Source of the DNA: Fidelibacterota bacterium
GTDB lineage: Bacteria > Fidelibacterota > Marinisomatia > Marinisomatales > Marinisomataceae
Assembly (NCBI GenBank): GCA_018672235.1
Contig: JABHGE010000004.1
Span: 1-13,326, forward strand
Length of the DNA: 13,326 bases
Reading direction: 5' to 3'
Part shown: piece by piece, positions 8,901 through 13,326 of the stretch
Layout of the letters: every line of letters begins with the position of its first letter
How positions within the stretch are numbered: position 1 is the stretch's first letter
Program-made: the position numbers and the translations under genes
The notes under the pieces: generated by a model
Told to the model about the DNA's origin: nothing
Databases searched by the model: none
Seen by the model: the letters and a program-made list of their open reading frames with translations, nothing else

Positions 8901-9068
8901 CCCATTATCTTCATGATGCTCAGACTGCTTTAAGTAATTAGTGTAATCATCCGAAGAAGAGATATCTTTTAAGCTCTTCCAATAACCAAATTCATGTGAC
9001 TGAGCAGTGTTCTGATCAATCTTATTAGTATCTACAAATTCTTTTGATTTATTTTTTATCTGTGACAT
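5985..9068 (-). CDS. actB: Alternative Complex III subunit ActB (molybdopterin-oxidoreductase-like domain fused to an Fe-S domain; Tat-exported lipoprotein)
   Basis: YWKSL extension, twin-arginine SRRNFL and a lipobox-like LAGLEG|C. C-terminal Fe-S motifs are CTSCNACSIAC, CVHCELAPCEQVCP, CLGTRYCANNCPY, KCTYC and ACAQSCP. The ORF track starts at TTG 9077; I prefer ATG 9068 because GGAGA lies 9 nt upstream. Confidence 0.95.
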   Translation of the reverse strand: MSQIKNKSKEFVDTNKIDQNTAQSHEFGYWKSLKDISSSDDYTNYLKQSEHHEDNGLSRRNFLSLVAASVALAGLEGCKKPVQKIIPYVEAEIATIPGIPKHYATTMPFKNNALGVIIENHDERPVKVEGNEKHPASMGKSNSFAQATTLDMYDPDRSRGVRLNGKKVDWSEYVKYAQSMNSSNGNRLAILSQESSSPTIQFMHNEFKKAYPDADWVVYEPINNENLYRGIEKAFGKKLQPLNRLESAQTILSIGSDFLGVEDNCVYHTRKFAQNRDLEDEKSTMNRLYVVESFMTPTGSSADHRLNVPNHQFASVLRELAGELKKLGLKIDAKPVKSSNHLWIKTVAEDLIKNKGESIIIGGSDLPADIHCLITGINNQLKAPIDYYPLDKAHVTSMKDFKVLCKKMAKGAIDNLIILGGNPVYDAPSDCNFEASLKKVKSAVHLSSFYDETSKHCQWSIAQAHFFETWGDAMTYDGYASIIQPQIRPLFDSKSALQVLTPIIFKEDRSSYDTVKKVWKDSIVNEANFERKWEKILHEGIHAKPLLSTQKVRIQNKISTAVLTKDQALDDNKFELIFAPSSSVYDGRYANNGWLQEIPKPITSLTWDNAAFVSMKVAKKLNIKNGQMIQILLGDKSVKVPAWIVPGQNQKTITLELGYGREFSGRIGSGVGFNMYPLRTSSNMGYAVNAEIKILNETYPLATTQEHYGLEEDKLAAPGFSDLSTKEVQSRIPDLVKQSTMEDYKKHPEFIKDVVEEHKPDKSRSWEDHSMYNPEPEYDYSKGHQWGMSIDLTSCTSCNACSIACQSENNIPIVGKQQVMNGREMHWIRIDNYFSGDPDNPEVSTQSVACVHCELAPCEQVCPVGATTHSTDGVNQMTYNRCLGTRYCANNCPYKVRKFNFYNYTKDLPEVVQMAMNPDVSMRFRGVMEKCTYCYQRVSEARIKAENENRDLVDGDVKVACAQSCPADAIKFGDINDPNSAVSKAKSRNRDYALLGQLGTSPRTTYLAKIRNQNPKLSSNNHQGAHH

Positions 9069-9703
9069 TTTTGACAATCTCCTACAGGTCTTTTATCCCC
9101 ATGCTGCTCTACCCAAGATGATACAAAATTATCATAATCTGCTGGTGGAGTCCAATACATATTTGTTACTTCATTCTTAGGTCTAATTTCTGGCGTATCA
9201 GATCTATGACAATCTAAACACCAATCCATGCTCAATGGTTTAACTTGATAGACTACTTCCATTTCTGCTATATTTCCATGACAAGATATACAAGCGACTC
9301 CCGAATTAACGTGTACGCTGTGATTAAAATATGCGTACTCTGGTAACATATGAACTTTAATCCATTCAATTGGCTTTCCAGTTTCCCAACTTTCTCTAAC
9401 TAATTTTAATTTTTCGCTATCTGTCTTCACATATGTGTGACAGCCCATACAAGTTTCTGTAGGTGGAATAACAGCAGAGTAAGATTGTTCAACTCCAACA
9501 TGACAGTAACGACAATCTATTCCCATATCTCCAGCATGTAATTTGTGACTATATGGAACAGGCTGAACTGGTGCATAACCTACGTCGGTATAATATGGCG
9601 AGCCATAATACCAAATAAAAGAAGATAGGGAGAATAGCAGAAGAAATATTCCAATTAGGAATATTCCAGTGAAATTATTTGTCCATCTTGGAAATAGTTG
9701 CAT
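9056..9703 (-). CDS. actA: Alternative Complex III subunit ActA, membrane-anchored pentaheme cytochrome c
   Basis: N-terminal TM helix, QPVPYSHKLHAG, and five CxxCH motifs (CRYCH, CMGCH, CISCH, CLDCH, CQKCH), plus YFNHSVH and PLSMDWC. First gene of the operon. Confidence 0.95.
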   Translation of the reverse strand: MQLFPRWTNNFTGIFLIGIFLLLFSLSSFIWYYGSPYYTDVGYAPVQPVPYSHKLHAGDMGIDCRYCHVGVEQSYSAVIPPTETCMGCHTYVKTDSEKLKLVRESWETGKPIEWIKVHMLPEYAYFNHSVHVNSGVACISCHGNIAEMEVVYQVKPLSMDWCLDCHRSDTPEIRPKNEVTNMYWTPPADYDNFVSSWVEQHGDKRPVGDCQKCHR

Positions 9704-9751
9704 TTTTCTTTTATATTAAAACCATTTAAAATAGAGATAAATCTTGTCCTG

Positions 9752-9781
9752 ACATTACACTAGAATCAGTGAAGCAGTCAA
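9752..9781 (-). promoter_or_regulatory. Candidate sigma70-like promoter for the act-cox operon
   Basis: On the minus strand, TTGACT (9781-9776), an 18-nt spacer and TAATGT (9757-9752), about 50 nt upstream of the actA ATG. Pattern match only, in AT-rich DNA. Confidence 0.3.
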
Positions 9782-9835
9782 GCAATTATAACATAAGTGT
9801 TATCTTTTCTTGATTTATTAAATAAATTTGGTCCA

Positions 9836-11245
9836 ATGAATGAATCTTATAAAATTATATCATCATCAATGCTCTATTGGTTTTCTCAAAAGAAGTGGTT
9901 TGTTTTTAGTGTTCTACTAGCAATATTCTTATTGAGTCTAAGCACGCCTGTAGGACTAACTTTAGCTGGGTATCATAGTCTGATAATATTATTAATGGTT
10001 TTTACCTTGGTCACATTTGAACCTATACCATTTCCAGCAATAGCTCTTTTAACTTTGGTATTACAAGTATTGTTAGGTGTAGCGCCGCCAGATGTAGTTG
10101 CCGAATCATTCATGAACGATGCAGTATTATTTGTTATGGGCTCACTCATGTTTGCTATTGCTATTGTACATCAAGGATTGGATATAAGATTGGCAAAAAT
10201 TATTATAAAAATTTTTGGTAAAAGTAAAAAGTTATTCCTTGCAGGGCTGATGACTATTTCAGCTATTTTATCATCTTTTTTAGGTGAACATACAATTATT
10301 GCTATCATGTTACCTATAGGATTGTCTGTCATAAAAAATATTGATACAAAACAAACCGATGGAAGAAATGCTGTCCTACTAACTTTATTTTCTGTTGGAT
10401 ATGGGACTATTATTGGATCTATCGGAACTCCATCCGGTGGAGCTCGTAATGTGATCATGATTAATTATTTGCAGGAATTCAGTAATATTAATATCGATTA
10501 TTGGGAATGGATGAAACATGCATATCCTATACTTATTATGCAGCTAGTAGTTGCATACTTTGTATTACAATTTGCATTTCCTACCACTCTAAAAAATATT
10601 CAAATCAAAGAATATAAGAAGAAAATATCCAAATCAACCACTAGAGATAATATCAATCATTTATTTTCTTCAATCATTATATTATTGATTGTTATTAGTT
10701 GGTTTTTGTTTAACGAAGAACTTGGTTTGGGAATTATTGCTTTGTGTGGAGTATTAATTTTTATGATTTGTGGAATGGTATCATGGGAAGTAATAAATAA
10801 AAATACCAATTGGGGAGTTATTCTTTTATTTGCAGCAACTATATCATTAGGATTTCAAATAAATGAAACGGGAGCTTCGTCTTGGTTGGTTACAAAATTT
10901 AATGCGCTCTTAGCGCTAATGCCTGAAAGCAGCTTTAATATTAGTTGGTCTTTTATGGCAATATTAACAGGATTAACTGCAAATTTTTTTACAAGCTCGG
11001 CTACAATCTCATTATTAGGTCCCATGGCAATTGAACTCCAACCTTCGGATATATCATTTGCTTTATCTGCCGCTATAGCTTCGGGATTTTCATTCCTAAC
11101 AGTTATTTCATCTCCTACTGCGATGATTATCTATTCTACAGGACTTGTGAGTACCAAAACTTTTTTTAAAGTTGGAGTGTTGATGTTTACTAGTTCAATT
11201 GCTATCTTATATTTAATGTCAAAATTTTACTGGGTAACACTGTGA
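9836..11245 (+). CDS. SLC13/DASS family (divalent anion:Na+ symporter fold) membrane transporter, substrate unknown
   Basis: Highly hydrophobic with many TM segments. DASS-like motifs EPIPFPAIAL, LFVMGSLMFAIAI...GLDIRLA, MLPI, GSIGTPSGGARN and W-x-x-I-x-x-x-x-NWGVILLFA. The ORF track starts at GTG 9797; ATG 9836 is the more plausible start, but neither has a clear RBS. Confidence 0.85.
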   Translation: MNESYKIISSSMLYWFSQKKWFVFSVLLAIFLLSLSTPVGLTLAGYHSLIILLMVFTLVTFEPIPFPAIALLTLVLQVLLGVAPPDVVAESFMNDAVLFVMGSLMFAIAIVHQGLDIRLAKIIIKIFGKSKKLFLAGLMTISAILSSFLGEHTIIAIMLPIGLSVIKNIDTKQTDGRNAVLLTLFSVGYGTIIGSIGTPSGGARNVIMINYLQEFSNINIDYWEWMKHAYPILIMQLVVAYFVLQFAFPTTLKNIQIKEYKKKISKSTTRDNINHLFSSIIILLIVISWFLFNEELGLGIIALCGVLIFMICGMVSWEVINKNTNWGVILLFAATISLGFQINETGASSWLVTKFNALLALMPESSFNISWSFMAILTGLTANFFTSSATISLLGPMAIELQPSDISFALSAAIASGFSFLTVISSPTAMIIYSTGLVSTKTFFKVGVLMFTSSIAILYLMSKFYWVTL

Positions 11246-12123
11246 ATATCTTAATTGCCATCGGTGGAAAAGAATATTCAAAACCAACGTTAGATCTTGG
11301 AATGAAGATTGCAAATGCATTTGAAGCAACTACTACTATTGCATATGTAGGTAAAAGAATTAGCCAATTCTCTGAAAAGGATGTCAGTGTTGTACATCAA
11401 AATTTAGATAGCAGAGAATTGTATAGACCTGGAGTAAGAACTCTAGAATGGGCATACGATTTTTTAGAATCAAAAAAGTATATTAAAAAAGATAAGAGCA
11501 TTCCTTTCAATGACCATTTACTTATCGATGAAGAAAATTCTAGAATGCGCGTTTTATTAAAAGGGAGTCATTCAAATAAAATTGATTTAATTTTACGTAC
11601 TGGTGAAATTATTGATCAATTGCGATCTGAAGTTGCAACTAGTAATCATGATATCACTATCATTGGTGGTGGTGGAAATAAGGGAATGCATCATAAGCTA
11701 GTACAATTCATTGATAGCTCTGTCATGGTAGTAAAAAACTATTCAGTAAATAAGCAGTATAAAATTCTACTACCCGTTAACAACTCTACGGGTTCAAACA
11801 AAGCAATTCAAATTGCTGAAAAATTTGCAAAGTCTAAGAAATTGCCTGTAGAAATTATTACTGTATTAGAAAACAAATCTTCTGATGAAAAATTAAGAAT
11901 TATATTGGAGAAAACTGAACAAAGATTTACGAATGCTGGTATTAAAAATACTGCAACAATTCTTGAAGGTAATCCTGTAAAGACTGTAGTAAAATATGCT
12001 AAAGATGATAGTCTTGTTATGCTTGGGGTATCGCCAAAAAATCCTTTCTTAAAATACTTCTTTGGTAGTAAACCAATTAGCATTGCTCAGCAATGTAACT
12101 GTCCTGTATTAATCGCTAAATAA
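11242..12123 (+). CDS. Universal stress protein, tandem USP domains
   Basis: Two USP repeats: NILIAIGGKEYS...A and KILLPVNNSTGSNKAIQIA, with GNP, LVMLG and C-terminal FFGS...IAQQCNCPVLIAK. The GTG start overlaps the transporter stop (GTGA at 11242-11245). Confidence 0.88.
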   Translation: MNILIAIGGKEYSKPTLDLGMKIANAFEATTTIAYVGKRISQFSEKDVSVVHQNLDSRELYRPGVRTLEWAYDFLESKKYIKKDKSIPFNDHLLIDEENSRMRVLLKGSHSNKIDLILRTGEIIDQLRSEVATSNHDITIIGGGGNKGMHHKLVQFIDSSVMVVKNYSVNKQYKILLPVNNSTGSNKAIQIAEKFAKSKKLPVEIITVLENKSSDEKLRIILEKTEQRFTNAGIKNTATILEGNPVKTVVKYAKDDSLVMLGVSPKNPFLKYFFGSKPISIAQQCNCPVLIAK

Positions 12124-12616
12124 GCGCGTCTAATACTTCATCGTAGTTTGGTTCATGTCCAGTTTGATCGACCAGTTGCGTATACCCTATTGTTTTATCA
12201 GTATTGATAATTACAACAGATCGAGCTAATAGACCTTGAAATTTTCCATTTGTGTGTAAGATACCATAATCATTTGCAAAGTCTTCGCTACGCATATCAG
12301 AAAGAAAAAGAACATTCTCTAGATTGTTAATAGTACAAAATTGTTTTTGACTAAAAGCTAAGTCTCTAGATATGCAAATAACTACCGTATTGTTCATATC
12401 GCCGGCAAGTTCATTAAATTTATAGGCTGAAGCCGAGCATACTGGAGTGGCTAAACTAGGAAAAATATTTAATACTAATCGCTTTCCTTCAAAATCTTTT
12501 AAAGTCATATTGACTAAATCATTGTTTGCTAATAAAAAATCTGGTGCTTTAGAGCCTACGCTAGGCATTGTTCCTGAAAGATTAACTACTTGATCTCCTA
12601 ATTTTATTTGTGTCAT
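12116..12616 (-). CDS. tpx: Thiol peroxidase Tpx (atypical 2-Cys peroxiredoxin)
   Basis: VG-x-KAPDF, NIFPSLATPVC (PxxxTxxC peroxidatic Cys), CISRDL..Q..FC (resolving Cys), LSD, GLLARSV (catalytic Arg) and EPNY. Length of 166 aa is typical of Tpx. Confidence 0.93.
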   Translation of the reverse strand: MTQIKLGDQVVNLSGTMPSVGSKAPDFLLANNDLVNMTLKDFEGKRLVLNIFPSLATPVCSASAYKFNELAGDMNNTVVICISRDLAFSQKQFCTINNLENVLFLSDMRSEDFANDYGILHTNGKFQGLLARSVVIINTDKTIGYTQLVDQTGHEPNYDEVLDALI

Positions 12617-12696
12617 AATTTTCTCTTTTGTTTATGTTAAAACGTTTAAATTGGATTTAAATTTAAAACAACTAAAACAATTAATAGGAGTTTTTT
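12617..12696. promoter_or_regulatory. Divergent tpx/sodB control region with AT-rich inverted repeats and the sodB RBS
   Basis: 80-bp spacer between divergent starts, containing TTTAAAT-TGG-ATTTAAA (12645-12661), TTTAAATTTAAA (12656-12667) and the RBS AGGAG (12686-12690) 6 nt before the sodB ATG. Confidence 0.5.
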
Positions 12697-13299
12697 ATGA
12701 ATGATACGAAAAAATTTTTCTTACCAGCCTTGCCATACAATGCAAATGATCTTGCACCAACAATATCCTCTCAAACCGTAGACTTGCATTACGGAAAACA
12801 TCATCAAGCATATTTCAATATGCTAAACACTTTCGCTGAAGGTACAAAATTTATGGATATGGATTTAGATGAAGTGGTGGTAAAAAGCTTTGAAGAAGAT
12901 AATAAAAAAGTATTTAATAATGCAGGTCAAGCATGGAATCATATCCTATACTGGAACCAAATGACTCCAGGTGGAAGCAAAACACCTCATGGAAAATTAT
13001 TAGAAAAAATAAATGAATCATTTGGAGACTATGACACATTCAAGACTAACTTTACACAACAAGCAGTTGGTGTATTTGGTAGTGGATGGGCATGGCTTAT
13101 TGAAAAAGATGGAAAGTTAGATTTAAGGGGATTACCAAATGCTGAGAACCCACTCGCACATGGAGAACATGCTTTAATGGGAATAGATGTATGGGAACAT
13201 GCTTATTATCTAGATTATCAAAATGTCAGACCTGATTATGTAAAGGCAGTATTAGATAATGCAATTAATTGGGACTTTGTAGCAGATAGATTGAGCTAA
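12697..13299 (+). CDS. sodB: Superoxide dismutase, Fe/Mn family, Fe-type signature
   Basis: LPALPY, HYGKHHQAY, FNNAGQAWNH, FGSGWAWL and DVWEHAYY metal ligands. Gln in NNAGQ plus Ala in NAENP is the FeSOD pattern (MnSODs have GGH and NQD). Strong RBS. Confidence 0.93.
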   Translation: MNDTKKFFLPALPYNANDLAPTISSQTVDLHYGKHHQAYFNMLNTFAEGTKFMDMDLDEVVVKSFEEDNKKVFNNAGQAWNHILYWNQMTPGGSKTPHGKLLEKINESFGDYDTFKTNFTQQAVGVFGSGWAWLIEKDGKLDLRGLPNAENPLAHGEHALMGIDVWEHAYYLDYQNVRPDYVKAVLDNAINWDFVADRLS

Positions 13300-13326
13300 T
13301 TAATTTCTACAATATAAAAAGGTGAA

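Noticed and set aside
4596..9068. Interpretation as polysulfide/tetrathionate reductase or another active molybdoenzyme (PsrABC/NrfD-like)
   Set aside because: The fused B subunit lacking an FS0 motif, the CLGTRYC 3Fe-4S motif, and flanking actA/D/E/F plus oxidase genes identify it as ACIII.
9797..9835. GTG 9797 as the transporter start
   Set aside because: No RBS, and the 13 extra codons cover AT-rich palindromic sequence that looks regulatory. ATG 9836 is preferred but not proven.
10171..10458. 95-aa minus-strand ORF
   Set aside because: Antisense shadow of the DASS transporter. Its hydrophobic look follows from the AT-rich codons on the coding strand.
11808..12083. 91-aa minus-strand ORF downstream of tpx
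   Set aside because: Fully antisense to the second USP domain. Although co-oriented with tpx, it has no clear RBS or recognisable motif.
13300..13326. Possible terminator or next-gene RBS after sodB (AAAAAGGTGAA)
   Set aside because: No hairpin visible and the window ends. AAGGTG may be an RBS for a following gene but cannot be verified here.
1..13326. CRISPR arrays, tRNA/rRNA, riboswitches, IS elements, recoding (frameshift or selenocysteine)
   Set aside because: Nearly all bases belong to intact, full-length ORFs. The only intergenic gaps over 25 nt are about 130 and 80 bp, AT-rich and without stable structure or spaced repeats. No split genes or in-frame stops were seen.

Overview
AT-rich (roughly 30% GC by eye), extremely gene-dense bacterial window devoted to aerobic respiration and oxidative stress. 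Bases 1-9703 (minus strand) hold one tightly coupled operon: a complete Alternative Complex III (actA pentaheme cytochrome c, actB, actC, actD, actE, actF, putative actG), a SCO/SenC copper chaperone, a caa3-type cytochrome c oxidase subunit II (CuA plus fused heme c), and the 5' end of subunit I, which the ORF track missed and which runs off the window edge. Transcribed divergently is a two-gene unit: an SLC13/DASS-fold transporter with non-canonical substrate/Na+ motifs, overlapping a tandem universal stress protein. Next come a divergent tpx (thiol peroxidase) / sodB (Fe-type superoxide dismutase) pair with an AT-rich palindromic spacer. I saw no RNA genes, CRISPR arrays or mobile elements. 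The ACIII-caa3 module is a known system. The best candidate for something uncharacterised is the motif-altered DASS transporter plus USP pair. The streamlined low-GC style would fit a marine FCB-related lineage such as Marinimicrobia, but that is inference only.
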